A stretch of DNA of 64,000 bases from Alphaproteobacteria bacterium (GCA_965232515.1 CBDDPY010000002.1:2816001-2880000); one strand, 5' to 3'; numbered from the stretch's first letter, positions 10,423 to 21,632 are shown. A program made the numbers and translations. The notes: a model not told the origin generated them from the sequence alone.

Positions 10423-12093
10423 TCAATCCAGCATCGGCAGTTTGAGATTGTGCTCGCGGGCGCATTGGATGGCGTCGTCGTAGCCGGCGTCGGCGTGGCG
10501 CATAACGCCCGAGGCCGGGTCGTTGTGCAGGACGTTGGCGAGGCGGCGGGCGGCGGCTTCGGTACCGTCGCAGAGGATGACCATGCCGGCGTGCTGGCTG
10601 AAGCCGATGCCGGTACCGCCGCCGTGGTGGATCGAAACCCAGGTGGCGCCGCCGGCGCAGTTCAGGAGCGCATTCAAGAGCGGCCAGTCGGCGACCGCGT
10701 CGGAGCCGTCCTGCATCGCCTCGGTCTCACGGTTGGGACTGGCGACCGAGCCGGAATCGAGATGGTCGCGGCCGATCACGACGGGGCCTTTCAGCTCGCC
10801 TGACGCCACCATCTCGTTGAAGGCGAGGCCGACGCGGGCGCGGTCGCCGAGGCCGAGCCAGCAGATCCGGCTGGGCAGGCCCTGGAACTGGATGCGCTGG
10901 CGCGCCATGTCGAGCCAGTTGTGCAGGTGCGGGTCGGCGACGAGTTCTTTCACCTTGGCGTCGGTGGCGTAGATGTCGTCGGCCTCGCCCGAAAGCGCGG
11001 CCCAACGGAACGGCCCCTTGCCGCGGCAGAACATCGGCCGGATGTAGGCGGGCACGAAGCCGGGGAAGTCGAAGGCGTGATCGACGCCCGCCTCCTTGGC
11101 GAACTGGCGGATGTTGTTGCCGTAGTCGATGGTCGGCACGCCGGCGGCGTGGAAGTCGAGCATGGCACGCACTTGTTGCGCCATCGACTGTTTCGCCGCG
11201 GCCTCGACCTCGGCGGGATCTGATTGCTGCTTCACTTCCCATTCCTCGACCGTCCAGCCGACCGGCAGATAGCCGTTCAGCGGATCGTGCGCCGCGGTCT
11301 GGTCGGTGACGATATCAGGCATGACGCCGCGTTTGACCAGCTCGGGGAACACGTCGGCGGCGTTGCCTAGCAGGCCGACGGAAAGGGCCTGCTTGTTGGC
11401 GCAGGCGGCGCCGACCCAGTCCAGCGCCTCGTTCAGATCGGCCGTCCAGCGGTCGAGATAACCCGTCTCGATGCGGCGCTCGATGCGGCTCGCCCGGCAT
11501 TCGACGGCCAGCAGCGAGGCGCCGGCCATGGTCGCGGCGAGTGGCTGCGCGCCGCCCATGCCGCCGAGCCCGCCGGTCAGGATCCAGCGGCTCGACAGGT
11601 CGCCGCCGTAGTGCTGACGGCCGGCCTCCACAAAGGTCTCGTAGGTGCCCTGGATGATGCCCTGGCTGCCGATATAGATCCAAGAGCCGGCGGTCATCTG
11701 GCCGTACATCATCAGGCCCTGGCGGTCGAGTTCGTGGAAGTGGTCCCAGTTCGCCCACTGGCCAACCAGATTGGAATTGGCGATCAGAACCCGGGGCGCG
11801 TCGGCATGGGTGCGGAACACGCCGACCGGCTTGCCCGACTGCACGAGCAGCGTCTCGTCGTCTTCCAGCGCCCGCAGGCTGTCGACGATGCGGTCGAAGC
11901 ATTTCCAGTCGCGGGCCGCGCGGCCGATGCCGCCATAGACGACAAGTTCGTTCGGCTTCTCGGCGACATCCGGATCGAGATTGTTCATCAGCATGCGCAT
12001 GGGCGCCTCGGCCTGCCAGCTCTTGCAGCTGATCTCTGTGCCCCGGGGCGAACGCACCTCGCGCGCATTGGCGAAACGATCCTGGTCCGTCAT
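10423..12093 (-). CDS. hutU: Urocanate hydratase
   Basis: [30 protein letters not shown] and [19 protein letters not shown] signatures. Confidence 0.98.
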   Translation of the reverse strand: MTDQDRFANAREVRSPRGTEISCKSWQAEAPMRMLMNNLDPDVAEKPNELVVYGGIGRAARDWKCFDRIVDSLRALEDDETLLVQSGKPVGVFRTHADAPRVLIANSNLVGQWANWDHFHELDRQGLMMYGQMTAGSWIYIGSQGIIQGTYETFVEAGRQHYGGDLSSRWILTGGLGGMGGAQPLAATMAGASLLAVECRASRIERRIETGYLDRWTADLNEALDWVGAACANKQALSVGLLGNAADVFPELVKRGVMPDIVTDQTAAHDPLNGYLPVGWTVEEWEVKQQSDPAEVEAAAKQSMAQQVRAMLDFHAAGVPTIDYGNNIRQFAKEAGVDHAFDFPGFVPAYIRPMFCRGKGPFRWAALSGEADDIYATDAKVKELVADPHLHNWLDMARQRIQFQGLPSRICWLGLGDRARVGLAFNEMVASGELKGPVVIGRDHLDSGSVASPNRETEAMQDGSDAVADWPLLNALLNCAGGATWVSIHHGGGTGIGFSQHAGMVILCDGTEAAARRLANVLHNDPASGVMRHADAGYDDAIQCAREHNLKLPMLD

Positions 12094-12119
12094 GGCGTGT
12101 CCTCGCTCAGGTTCAGGGC

Positions 12120-13070
12120 CTACGACGGCCGCAGGTCGGCGGCCGGCTCAACGAATGCCGCTCCCTCGCCGGCGCGCAACGCACGCCAATAGGTGCGATG
12201 AAACACGCCGTAGCCCGGCGATGTGACGGCCAGTCGATCCCGCATCAGGTCGTGCAGGCGCGGCAGGGCGTGGAACGGCACGGCGGGGTAGACGTGATGC
12301 TCGGTATGGAACGGCATGTTCCACATCAGAAACCGCACCAGTGGCGTCGCGAATGTCGTGCGCGTGTTGCGCAACATGTCGTTGGGGTCTTCAATGCAGC
12401 CGGTGTGCTCGGCCAGCAGGTAGAGCCGCAGGAACGGCTGACCCAAGACGGCCGGCAGAACCCAGAACCAGAGTGCGGCGGACGATCCGGTGACAGCGGA
12501 GACCGCCAGCACGGTGGCATACGCCAGCAGATGGAGCCGCGCCTCCCAGGCGATGGCGCGACGTTCGGCCGTGGGCACGAAGCCAGCCTGGACCCGGCCG
12601 ACGGCATGCCGCGCGAGCTCACCGAACCGGTCGCGCCAATAGCGGAAGCCCGAGATGTAGAGCAGATAGCCGGCCGTCGTCGCCGGCTTGGGCCCGGCCA
12701 GTTCCGGATCGCGGGCCGGATCCTGGGTGTGGCGATGATGGGCGGTGTGGAAGCGGCGGAAAAACCGCGCCGGCAGGAAATGCACCAGGCCGGTGACGGT
12801 GGCGACGATGTCGTTCAGCCAGCGGCTGCGAAACGCGGTGTAGTGCACGGTCTCGTGCAGACCGGCGAACAGGGCGACCTGCACGATACCGTGCAGCAGC
12901 ATGGCCGGCAGCATCCACCAGGTGCCGAGCGTCGCCGCGATCCCGCTCGCCGTCAGCGCCAGTACGCCAATATGGCCGAGCAGCTGCAGGGAACCCCTCG
13001 CGTCCGAGCGCCGGTTCAGCGGCGCGACGGCCGCGGCGGAAAGCAACGCATTGCGGTCACGGACGGTCAT
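12120..13070 (-). CDS. Membrane fatty-acid-desaturase-like di-iron enzyme (MocD-like)
   Basis: His boxes HETVH, HTAHHRH and HTEHH, plus LAEHTGC. Transmembrane segments present. Confidence 0.88.
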   Translation of the reverse strand: MTVRDRNALLSAAAVAPLNRRSDARGSLQLLGHIGVLALTASGIAATLGTWWMLPAMLLHGIVQVALFAGLHETVHYTAFRSRWLNDIVATVTGLVHFLPARFFRRFHTAHHRHTQDPARDPELAGPKPATTAGYLLYISGFRYWRDRFGELARHAVGRVQAGFVPTAERRAIAWEARLHLLAYATVLAVSAVTGSSAALWFWVLPAVLGQPFLRLYLLAEHTGCIEDPNDMLRNTRTTFATPLVRFLMWNMPFHTEHHVYPAVPFHALPRLHDLMRDRLAVTSPGYGVFHRTYWRALRAGEGAAFVEPAADLRPS

Positions 13071-13101
13071 CGCGGCAGTCTAGCTCAGGGCGCCGCCCGC
13101 G

Positions 13102-13908
13102 TCAGTTCAGTCGGGCATAACCCGCTTCCGCGGCCGCGGTTTCCATTTCCAGAATGCGGTCGTAGGCCGGGAGGTCGAGCACCGCGATATCGGCGATGAG
13201 CAGGTTCGCGCGCACATCCACGAGCGCCGGATCGGCGACGGCACGCGCCAGCCCGGCGCGCAGGCGCTGGACCAGTTCCGGCTTCGCGCCGCCGCGCGTG
13301 ACGTAAGGCAGGCCGGGCGCGGGCGCGGACCGATCGAGAATGCGCACCGCCGACAGCAGCGCTGGATCGTACTTTTCGATCAGCGCATAGGTGACGCAGT
13401 CGATCGCCGCGACGTCTGCGTCGCCGGCGGCGACCTTGGCGATGCTCTGCACGTGGCTGCCGCTGACGACGATATCGGCGAAGAAGCGGCCGTCCCGGGC
13501 CAGCGGCGCGACCGCATGACGCAAGGCGCTCATGCCGGATTGCGAATCCCAGCCGTTGACGGCCGCGACCCGCCCACGCAGGTCCGCCATCGTGCCAAAG
13601 GTGCTGTCGGCGGGAACGATCAGATGGCTGACATAAGTAGGGCCGACACATCCCGACGCGGCGTAAGCCGGGGTCGCCACCAGCACGACCCGGCCAGCCA
13701 ACGCATGGGTCAACGGATATCCGCAGGTCTGCGCGAGCAACAGCTCGGGCGATGTCAGTAGGGCCTTGTGGTCAGTCGGCCGCGCCAGACGCGGCGGCAA
13801 ATCTTCCAAGCCCTCCGCGCCCAGCGTGCGCCGCAGACCCTGCCACCAGGCGTCGACGGCCGGCCGCATTCGCGGCAGATCGTACATCGCGAGGGCGGCG
13901 AGGTTCAC
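13102..13908 (-). CDS. PhnD/SsuA-fold substrate-binding-like protein lacking a signal peptide
   Basis: AAVNGWDSQSG, SGSHVQSIAKVAAGDADVAAIDCVT and LLAQTCGYPL. The GTG start overlaps the upstream stop. Confidence 0.82.
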   Translation of the reverse strand: MNLAALAMYDLPRMRPAVDAWWQGLRRTLGAEGLEDLPPRLARPTDHKALLTSPELLLAQTCGYPLTHALAGRVVLVATPAYAASGCVGPTYVSHLIVPADSTFGTMADLRGRVAAVNGWDSQSGMSALRHAVAPLARDGRFFADIVVSGSHVQSIAKVAAGDADVAAIDCVTYALIEKYDPALLSAVRILDRSAPAPGLPYVTRGGAKPELVQRLRAGLARAVADPALVDVRANLLIADIAVLDLPAYDRILEMETAAAEAGYARLN

Positions 13909-14768
13909 GCTTCCGTGCCCGATTCGAGTTCGGTGAGCAGACTGCGCAAGAACGCCGGCACGTCGGGCGGCTGCACCACCGCCGCGCGGATCAGACCGTC
14001 GAAATGGCGGGTCAGAACCCGGATATGCTCGGTCGTATTGAAGACGAGATACATCTGGCCGACATAGACGGCGGCGCGTTGCGGACCGAAGATCGTCACC
14101 GGCACGGAATAGCGTTTCAGGCCGTCATAGAGGAACCAGCGCAGGGTCGGATACAGCTCCTCCACCAGCTTGATCATGAGCCGCAACTGCTCGATGCGGT
14201 CGTCCCGGTCGAGGCCATTCCAGATGTTCTTGCCTTGCGCAAAATCCTGCAGGTGCTGGACGGTGTTGCAGATCTCCATGTCGGTCTCGGGCAGCCGGGA
14301 ATACTCCAGCCGGCCCGCAGCCTGCACGCGCGCGTCCTCGGTCCGCACGGTTTCCGACGGCACGTATTCATATTCAATGACCCGATCGGTCTTCATCAGG
14401 TCGGGAATCGTCGTGGGCACGTAGCGGATCTTGTAGCCCGACGCCTCCTCGAACCAGTCCGCTAGGCGCCGCACGCTGCTCAGCGGATCGCTGCGCTCGA
14501 TCTGCAGGGACTGCTCGAGAATGTCGGCGCCGAGCTGGGCGTCATGGCTCAAGCCCAACAGCCAGTCGAGGCTGACCTGGAGCGTTGCCGCCATGGCCGC
14601 CACGGTATCGGCGCGCGGCAGGCGGTCATTTTCCTGGGACAGCAGTTGCGACAACGTCGAACGGTCGACGCCGACCTGCCGCGCCAGAGCGGATTGCGTG
14701 AGCCCGGTCCGCTCCATGGCCTGGGCCAAATTGCTGCGAAACAAGCGAACGGTGTCACGCCGGTCCAT
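13905..14768 (-). CDS. XRE-family HTH transcriptional regulator
   Basis: N-terminal HTH LTQSALARQVGVDRSTLSQLL..VSLDWLLG followed by a long C-terminal sensor domain. Confidence 0.88.
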   Translation of the reverse strand: MDRRDTVRLFRSNLAQAMERTGLTQSALARQVGVDRSTLSQLLSQENDRLPRADTVAAMAATLQVSLDWLLGLSHDAQLGADILEQSLQIERSDPLSSVRRLADWFEEASGYKIRYVPTTIPDLMKTDRVIEYEYVPSETVRTEDARVQAAGRLEYSRLPETDMEICNTVQHLQDFAQGKNIWNGLDRDDRIEQLRLMIKLVEELYPTLRWFLYDGLKRYSVPVTIFGPQRAAVYVGQMYLVFNTTEHIRVLTRHFDGLIRAAVVQPPDVPAFLRSLLTELESGTEA

Positions 14769-15032
14769 GGTTTGCAATCCTGTGCGCTTTTTCTCTAATG
14801 TTAAAACTCATCAGCATATTGTTTCGTAAAATCACCAATACATAAAATTTAATACAATATTTGCGAATTGTAGCACAAACCCTCGTTGCTTCAACAACGC
14901 GCATTCTTCTAACCTGACGTCATCTTAAATGGCGACACGCGGCACGGTCGGTTTGCCGATCGAATCCCGGAAAACTGCCGTTTTGCCATCAATCGCGACA
15001 CTGGAAAGCTTTTGCGCGGATACATGCAATCG

Positions 15033-15971
15033 ATGGCGAAACGGCCCGCTTGTGACAAAAATTGGACGAACGCCGCATGGCGTCGGTTCGAGCTGCCGAC
15101 CTGGGCCGTGGCGGCCGGTATCTATGTCGGCTTCGGTCTGCTGACCTGGCACCATCACACACTGCCCATCTGGCTGTTGCCGCTGCTGGGCGGCTGGTTC
15201 GTCTGCTGGCACGGATCGTTGCAGCATGAAATCGTGCATGGCCATCCGACGCGCTGGTCCTGGCTGAACGCCGCCATCGCCCTGCCGTCGTTGGCGCTCT
15301 GGCTACCCTATACGCTCTACCGCGAGATCCATATCGCCCATCACCGCACCGACGCGCTGACCTGCCCGACACACGACCCGGAATCGTTCTACGTTCGGCC
15401 CGAGGACTGGGCACGCTTCGGGTCGCCGCATCGCTGGCTGTTGCAGGTCATGAACACGCTCGCGGGTCGACTGATTCTGGGGCCGATCTATGTTTGCGTC
15501 CGCTTCTGGCACGCGGAACTCCACCGCATCGCCGCGGGCGACCGACGGCGCCTCGGGCACTGGCTGCTGCATGGCGCCGCCGTCACGCCGGTTCTGTATT
15601 GGACTCTCGCGGTCTGCCAGATCCCGCTCTGGCACTATCTGCTGTTTTTCGTCTGGCCCGGTATCTCGCTGACGCTGCTGCGGTCATTTGCGGAACACCG
15701 CGCGGCGGCCGATCCGGACCACCGGACCGCGATCATCGAGAGCAACGGCCTGATCTCGCTTCTGTTCCTGAACAACAACCTGCACGCGGTGCACCACGAC
15801 GACCCGCGCCTCGCCTGGTACGAGCTGCCGCGGGTCTACCGTGCGGCGCGCGGGCGGATCGCGGCGCAAAACGGCGGCTATGTGATGCGCGGCTATGCCG
15901 AGTTGGCGCGGCGGTTCCTGCTGCGGCCGAAGGACTCGCCGGTGCAGCGGTGGACCACCGCCGCGACGTGA
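15033..15971 (+). CDS. Second membrane fatty-acid-desaturase-like di-iron enzyme
   Basis: His boxes QHEIVHGHP, HIAHH, FAEH and NNNLHAVHH. Confidence 0.88.
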   Translation: MAKRPACDKNWTNAAWRRFELPTWAVAAGIYVGFGLLTWHHHTLPIWLLPLLGGWFVCWHGSLQHEIVHGHPTRWSWLNAAIALPSLALWLPYTLYREIHIAHHRTDALTCPTHDPESFYVRPEDWARFGSPHRWLLQVMNTLAGRLILGPIYVCVRFWHAELHRIAAGDRRRLGHWLLHGAAVTPVLYWTLAVCQIPLWHYLLFFVWPGISLTLLRSFAEHRAAADPDHRTAIIESNGLISLLFLNNNLHAVHHDDPRLAWYELPRVYRAARGRIAAQNGGYVMRGYAELARRFLLRPKDSPVQRWTTAAT

Positions 15972-16091
15972 GCAAACGGGCCATTCGGCGACGCCATTGG
16001 GCCATCCCGGCCCTTTCCCCAATGCTATAGCGTAGACAACGACATGCGGCCGCCTCCGCCGCGGCCGTGTGCGAACAAGGAGATGTTGACG

Positions 16092-17423
16092 ATGACCACG
16101 CTGCCCGAGTCCACGACCTATGCCGTCATCGGCGCCGGCGTGCACGGCATGAGCACGGCCTGGCACCTGGCGATGGAGCTGGAGGCCCGCGGCAGCGGCT
16201 CGGGCGCCGACATCGTCGTGCTGGACAAGACCGGGCCCGGCGCCGGCGCCACCGGCATCGCCTGCGGCTGCGTGCGCAACTTCTACATGACCGAGCCGCT
16301 GCACGCGATCCTGCGCCACTCGGTCGATGTCTGGATGCAGGACCCGATCAACTTCGGCTTCCAGCAGACCGGCTATATCTCCTGCGGCGAGACCAACCAG
16401 ACCGACGACTACGCGGCCATGCACAAGAGCCAGAACGCGGTCGGCTATACGTCCGACCTCTACGTGGGCCAGGAGGCGCGCGACTTCCTGACAGGCATCT
16501 GGCCCGACTTCAAGACCGACGGCATCGACGTGGCGCTGCACGAGAAGCCGTCGGGCTATGCCGGCACCTGGCAGTTCGTGCGCGGCATGGCGGCGAAGCT
16601 GGAACAGCACGGCGTGCGGCTGCTGTCGGGCGTCGAGGTGACGGGCTATGACGTGGAGAACGGCGTCGTCAAGGCGCTGCACACCAACCAGGGCGACATG
16701 AAGGTCGACATGGTGGTGCTGAGCGCCGGCGCCTGGGTCAGCAAGCACTGGCAGATGCTGGACAAGCCGGCGACCATGGATTGCCGCTATCCCGACGGCA
16801 CGGCCGCGACCAAGGACATGTGGACCTATTGGCGGCTGGTCGAAGGCGAGGTCTATGTCGATGAGCCCTATCGCACTTCGGACGACCGCGACCCGCCGGT
16901 GCTGCACGTCGAGTTGATGAACACGCCGGTCGTCACGCCGGACGGCCGCGAGCTCGACGATCATCTGTACGTCTACTGGAAGAACGCGGCCGAACGCATG
17001 GACCGGCCCGGTGTGCAGGGCGGCTCGATTCCGGTGCTGATCGGCCCCGACGCCGCGCTCGACCCCTACGGCCACGACAACGACGACTACCAGGCCGAGC
17101 CGGAATTCGCCGATTATCTGACCGCGGCCATGGGCCAGTTGATGGGCCGGTTCGAGGGCTGCCGCAAGAACTTCCGCGAGCGGCGCAACGGCGGCATCGG
17201 CGCCTTCACGCCGGACAACGTGCCGATCTTCGACTGGATCTCACCGAACGTGTTCATGCTGGCCGACTCCAACCACGGCTTCAAAATGACGGGCGTCGGC
17301 AAGCTGCTGGCGAAGCAACTGGCGGGCGGCAACGCGGTCTCCGAGCTGCAGCCGTTCAGCCTCGGCCGCTTCGCCGAGGGCAAGACCTTCGGCGGCAGCA
17401 ACAGCCACTGTCCGTGGGTTTAG
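16092..17423 (+). CDS. FAD-dependent oxidoreductase (DAO/sarcosine oxidase-like)
   Basis: VIGAGVHGMSTAWHLA dinucleotide-binding motif, GAFTPDNVPIFD and SNHGFKM. AAGGAG RBS. Confidence 0.9.
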   Translation: MTTLPESTTYAVIGAGVHGMSTAWHLAMELEARGSGSGADIVVLDKTGPGAGATGIACGCVRNFYMTEPLHAILRHSVDVWMQDPINFGFQQTGYISCGETNQTDDYAAMHKSQNAVGYTSDLYVGQEARDFLTGIWPDFKTDGIDVALHEKPSGYAGTWQFVRGMAAKLEQHGVRLLSGVEVTGYDVENGVVKALHTNQGDMKVDMVVLSAGAWVSKHWQMLDKPATMDCRYPDGTAATKDMWTYWRLVEGEVYVDEPYRTSDDRDPPVLHVELMNTPVVTPDGRELDDHLYVYWKNAAERMDRPGVQGGSIPVLIGPDAALDPYGHDNDDYQAEPEFADYLTAAMGQLMGRFEGCRKNFRERRNGGIGAFTPDNVPIFDWISPNVFMLADSNHGFKMTGVGKLLAKQLAGGNAVSELQPFSLGRFAEGKTFGGSNSHCPWV

Positions 17424-17450
17424 GTGGCGAGGGCGTCAACCGATATCGCA

Positions 17451-17550
17451 TGCTTCGAGACGCGGCCGCGCCGCTCCTCAGCATGAGGCTGGGGGTCGAT
17501 ATAGGATCAGGGCTTCATCCTGAGCAGGCCCAATGGGCCGTCTCGAAGGA
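17451..17550. repeat. Inverted pair of REP-like elements (CTCATCCTGAG...GTCTCGAAGGA type)
   Basis: tgcttcgagacg..ctcctcagcatgagg (17451-17488) faces cttcatcctgagc..cgtctcgaagga (17513-17550) between convergent genes. Confidence 0.7.
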
Positions 17551-17585
17551 TCGGCCATAGAGCGGCGGTCGCCGCCGCTTCGCCC

Positions 17586-19700
17586 CTATTCCGCCGCGTC
17601 GACCTCGACGGTGATCACCGGCTCGACCTGCTGCAGCTCGGCGAGCGGGATGTGGCAGGCGATGACGTGGTCGGGCGCGGCCTCCTGCTCGGGCGGCGGC
17701 TGCTCGTCGCAGATCGCCCCCACTTTTCGCGGACAGCGGGTCGCGAAGGGACAACCCTTCGGCGGATTCAGCACGCTCGGCAGGTTGCCTTCCAGCACGA
17801 TGTGCCGCTTGGAGACCGAGGTGTCGGCGATCGGCACGGCCGACAACAGGGCTTCGGTATAGGGGTGATAGGGCGGCGAGAAGACCTCTTCCGTGCCGCC
17901 ACGCTCCATGATCTGGCCCAGATACATCACCACGATCCGGTCCGACAGATAGCGCACGACCGAGAGGTCGTGGCTGATGAACAGCAGCGTGGTACCGAAC
18001 TTGCGCTGGATATCCATCAGCAGGTCGGTCACCGCCGCCTGCACCGAAACGTCGAGCGCCGAGACCGGCTCGTCGGCGATCACCATGGCCGGGTTGCCAG
18101 CAAACGCGCGGGCGATGCCGACGCGCTGTTTCTGGCCGCCCGACAGCTGGCGCGGCCGCCGGTCGGCGAACGCGCGCGGCAGCTTCACCAGGTCCAGCAG
18201 CTCCATGACCCGCTCGTGGATCTTGTCCTTGTCGCTCTCGACGCCGAACTTGCGGATCACCCGGGCGATCTGCTGGCCGACCGTGATCGACGGGTTCAGC
18301 GTGTCGTTCGGGTTCTGGAACACCATCTGCAGCGAGCCGATCTCCTCGGGCGTGCGCTGCTCGACCGGCTTCTCGCCGATCTGCTCGCCGTTGAAGACGA
18401 TCTCGCCCTTAGTCGTCGTCTCCAGGCCCATCAGCACCTTGGCGAAGGTCGACTTGCCGCATCCGGACTCGCCGACGATGGCCAGCGTCTCGCCCTTGCG
18501 CGCCTTGAAGTTCAGACGCTCGTTCGCCTTCACGTAGCGCACCGTCTCGCCCGACAGCATGGCTTTGATCGAGCGGTCGTGGATCGGATAGTACTTCTGC
18601 ATATCCTCGATATGCAGCACCTCGACGCCGGGCGGCACTTCCTCGAAGGTCGGCGGCGGCGGGGGCGGCGGTTCGCCGGCAAGATCGTTCCAACGCAAGC
18701 AACGCACCCGGTGGTCCGCCGACGGGTGCTGGATCTCGCTCATCTTTATGTCGTGGCTGTCGCACAGACCGGCCTGGGCATAGTTGCAGCGCGGACCGAA
18801 GTTGCAGCCCTGCGGGCGTTCATGCGGCAGCGGCAACTGCCCGGGAATGGCAACCAGTGGCCGGCTGTTCTTGTCGGCCGCCGGCACCGGAATGCAGCCG
18901 AACAGGCCTTGCGTATAGGGATGCCGTGGATTTTCGAAGATCTCGCCGATCTCGGCCTCCTCGACCACCTCGCCCGAATACATGACGCAGACCCTGTCGC
19001 AGGTCTCCAGGATCAGGCCCATATTGTGCGAGATGTAGAGCATGCTGGTGCCGAACTTCTCGCTGATCTCGGCGATCAGCTCGACGATGCCGGCCTCGAC
19101 CGTCACGTCGAGCGCCGTCGTCGGCTCGTCCAACAACAGGAGGCTGGGGTTCGACAGCAGCGCCATGGCAATGACCACGCGCTGCTGCTGGCCGCCCGAG
19201 ATCTGGTGCGGATAGGCCGCCATGACCCGGTCCGGGTCGGGCAGGCGCACGTCGGCCAAGATCTGCCGGGCCCGATCGTAGGCGTCCTGTTCGCTGATGT
19301 CCTCATGGAACAGCGGCACTTCCATGAGCTGGCGGCCGAGCGTCAGGCTGGGGTTCAGCGCGGCCATCGGCTCCTGATAGATCATGGCGATCTCGGAACC
19401 GCGCAGCTGGCGCAGCTCCTCCTCGCTCATGGTCATCATGTCGCGGCCCTTGAACTTGATCGAGCCGCCGACGATCTTGCCGGCCGTGCCCATGTAGCGC
19501 ATCACCGCCATGGCGACGGTCGACTTGCCACAGCCGGATTCGCCAACGAGGCCGATCGCCTGGCCATGCTCCAACGTCAGCGAGAAGTCGATCACGGCCG
19601 GGATTTCGCCGGCCCGCGTGAAGTACGAGATGTGCAGGTTTTCGATCTCCAGCACCGACTCCATGGAGCCGCCGCCGTTGCCCGTCGCCGGTGCCGTCAT
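17586..19700 (-). CDS. Peptide/nickel-type ABC transporter ATP-binding protein (fused double ATPase)
   Basis: Two GESGCGKST Walker A motifs, SGGQ signatures and C-terminal oligo-HPY cysteine motifs. Confidence 0.96.
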   Translation of the reverse strand: MTAPATGNGGGSMESVLEIENLHISYFTRAGEIPAVIDFSLTLEHGQAIGLVGESGCGKSTVAMAVMRYMGTAGKIVGGSIKFKGRDMMTMSEEELRQLRGSEIAMIYQEPMAALNPSLTLGRQLMEVPLFHEDISEQDAYDRARQILADVRLPDPDRVMAAYPHQISGGQQQRVVIAMALLSNPSLLLLDEPTTALDVTVEAGIVELIAEISEKFGTSMLYISHNMGLILETCDRVCVMYSGEVVEEAEIGEIFENPRHPYTQGLFGCIPVPAADKNSRPLVAIPGQLPLPHERPQGCNFGPRCNYAQAGLCDSHDIKMSEIQHPSADHRVRCLRWNDLAGEPPPPPPPTFEEVPPGVEVLHIEDMQKYYPIHDRSIKAMLSGETVRYVKANERLNFKARKGETLAIVGESGCGKSTFAKVLMGLETTTKGEIVFNGEQIGEKPVEQRTPEEIGSLQMVFQNPNDTLNPSITVGQQIARVIRKFGVESDKDKIHERVMELLDLVKLPRAFADRRPRQLSGGQKQRVGIARAFAGNPAMVIADEPVSALDVSVQAAVTDLLMDIQRKFGTTLLFISHDLSVVRYLSDRIVVMYLGQIMERGGTEEVFSPPYHPYTEALLSAVPIADTSVSKRHIVLEGNLPSVLNPPKGCPFATRCPRKVGAICDEQPPPEQEAAPDHVIACHIPLAELQQVEPVITVEVDAAE

Positions 19701-19710
19701 GGCCGGTCCC

Positions 19711-20601
19711 TCAATCCCTGATCGAAATTTCGCGCAAGCCGTCGGCGAGCAGGTTCAAGCCCAGCACCAGCGAGGAGATCGCGAGGCACGGGAACACGCT
19801 CATCCATGGGAACACCTGCGCCATGGTGCGGGTCTCGTTGATCATGCCGCCCCAGTCAGGATTTGGCGGCGGCAGGCCGAGGCCGAGGAAGCCGAGCACG
19901 CCGATGGTGATGGTGACGTATCCCAGACGCAGGCAGGCATCGACGATCAACGGCCCGCGCGCGTTCGGCAAGATCTCGACCAGCATGATCCACATCGAGG
20001 ACTCGCCGCGCGTCTGCGCCGCCGCGACATAGTCCCGCGTGCGCAGGTCCAGCACCAGGCCGCGCACGATGCGCATGATGCCCGGCGCGCTGGCGAAGGT
20101 GATGGCGATCAGGATGTTGATCCCCGAGGCGCCGACCGTGGCGATGATGATGACGTAGAGCACCAGCACCGGGAACGACAGGATCAGGTTGGCGACGAAC
20201 GACAGGATATCGTCCCACCAGCCGCCCTTGTAGCCGGCAACGACGCCCATCAGAATGCCGACCGCGTAGGCGCAGATCGTCGCGACCGGCGCGTAGATCA
20301 GCACGGTCTGCGAGCCGTAGATGATACGCGACAGGATGTCCCGGCCGATATGATCCGTGCCCAGCCAGAAGGTGCCGCCCTCGGGACCGTCGAACGGCGA
20401 GAACGGCGGCAGCATCGGCGCCAGCGTCGCGTTCGGCGGGAACGGCGCGATCAGCGGCGCGAACAGCGCCATCAACACCCAGAATACGATGATCACGGCG
20501 CCGATCATGGCGACGCCGCTTTCGCGCAACAGCACAAAGGATTTCAGAATGCGGAAGATCAGCGGTTCCCGTTTCGGGATATCGGCCGTCGTGTCTGCCA
20601 T
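19711..20601 (-). CDS. ABC transporter permease (DppC-like)
   Basis: WLGTDHIGRDILSR, EILPN and LGFLGLG..PDWG. Confidence 0.95.
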   Translation of the reverse strand: MADTTADIPKREPLIFRILKSFVLLRESGVAMIGAVIIVFWVLMALFAPLIAPFPPNATLAPMLPPFSPFDGPEGGTFWLGTDHIGRDILSRIIYGSQTVLIYAPVATICAYAVGILMGVVAGYKGGWWDDILSFVANLILSFPVLVLYVIIIATVGASGINILIAITFASAPGIMRIVRGLVLDLRTRDYVAAAQTRGESSMWIMLVEILPNARGPLIVDACLRLGYVTITIGVLGFLGLGLPPPNPDWGGMINETRTMAQVFPWMSVFPCLAISSLVLGLNLLADGLREISIRD

Positions 20602-20616
20602 GATACCGCGCCTCGC

Positions 20617-21549
20617 CTAGCTGAACCGGATGCGTGGGTTGAGATAGGTGTAGCCGATATCGGCCAACGTCTGCGTGCTTACCGCGACGAAGACCGCGAC
20701 CATGGCGCAGGCTTCGATCACGTAAATATCCTGGGCCAGCGACGCTTCCAGCAGCAAGGCGCCGAAGCCCTTATAGGCGAAGAAGAACTCGACCACGATG
20801 ACGCCCGACAGCAGCCAGTTGATCTGCAGCATGATCACCGTGAATGGCGCGATCAGGGCGTTGCGCAGCGCGTGCTTCATGATCACCACGCGATAGGGCA
20901 GACCCTTCAGCACCGCCGTGCGGATGTAGTGCGTCGTCATCACCTCGGCCATGGACGCGCGGGTCATGCGCGCGACATAACCGAAGTCGTAGAGCACCAG
21001 CACCATCACGGGCAGGATCAGTTCGACGAAATTGAATCCGTCCGTCATCCCCGATGTGCCGGGCAGCAAGCCCAGGCCGAAAACGAAGATCGTCGACAGC
21101 AGCACGGCGCTGGCGAATTCCGGCACCGAGGTGAAGACAATACCGATGACCGATATCGAGCGGTCCTGAAAGGACCCCTCCTTCATGCCGGCAAGCACGC
21201 CCAGCGTCAGCGACAGCGGGATCATGACCAGGAACGTCGCCAGCCCCAGGATCCCGGTGTTGGCCAGCCGGTCCCAGAGAATGTCGTTGACCGGCACCTT
21301 GTATTTGATCGATTCGCCCAGATCGCCGGTGACGAAGCCGCCGAGCCAGTCGAAATAACGAATAAAGAGCGGTTCGTTGTAGCCGTTTTCTTCGAGCCAG
21401 ATCGCGCGCTGTTCTTCGGACGAATACGGCCCCAAAACCTTCGTGGCGATGCTGCCGGGCGAGAACTCCAAGACCAGAAACACGATCAGCGACAGCACCA
21501 ACATGGTCAGCGCCATGTAGGCCAACCGCCGGGCTAAAAATACCAGCAT
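20617..21549 (-). CDS. ABC transporter permease (DppB-like)
   Basis: GDLGES, RMTRASM, YIRTAVLKGL, HALRNA and LNPRIR. Confidence 0.95.
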   Translation of the reverse strand: MLVFLARRLAYMALTMLVLSLIVFLVLEFSPGSIATKVLGPYSSEEQRAIWLEENGYNEPLFIRYFDWLGGFVTGDLGESIKYKVPVNDILWDRLANTGILGLATFLVMIPLSLTLGVLAGMKEGSFQDRSISVIGIVFTSVPEFASAVLLSTIFVFGLGLLPGTSGMTDGFNFVELILPVMVLVLYDFGYVARMTRASMAEVMTTHYIRTAVLKGLPYRVVIMKHALRNALIAPFTVIMLQINWLLSGVIVVEFFFAYKGFGALLLEASLAQDIYVIEACAMVAVFVAVSTQTLADIGYTYLNPRIRFS

Positions 21550-21610
21550 CTATGCGCCCCCTGCTGCGCCCATCATCTGTCGCGATGGTTGTTCTGGCTG
21601 GGTTGTCGGT

Positions 21611-21632
21611 GGGGGCGGCGTTGGCCGCCCCC
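21611..21632 (-). other. Intercistronic hairpin after the binding-protein gene
   Basis: gggggcggc-gttg-gccgccccc 9-bp stem between the substrate-binding and permease genes. Confidence 0.55.
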
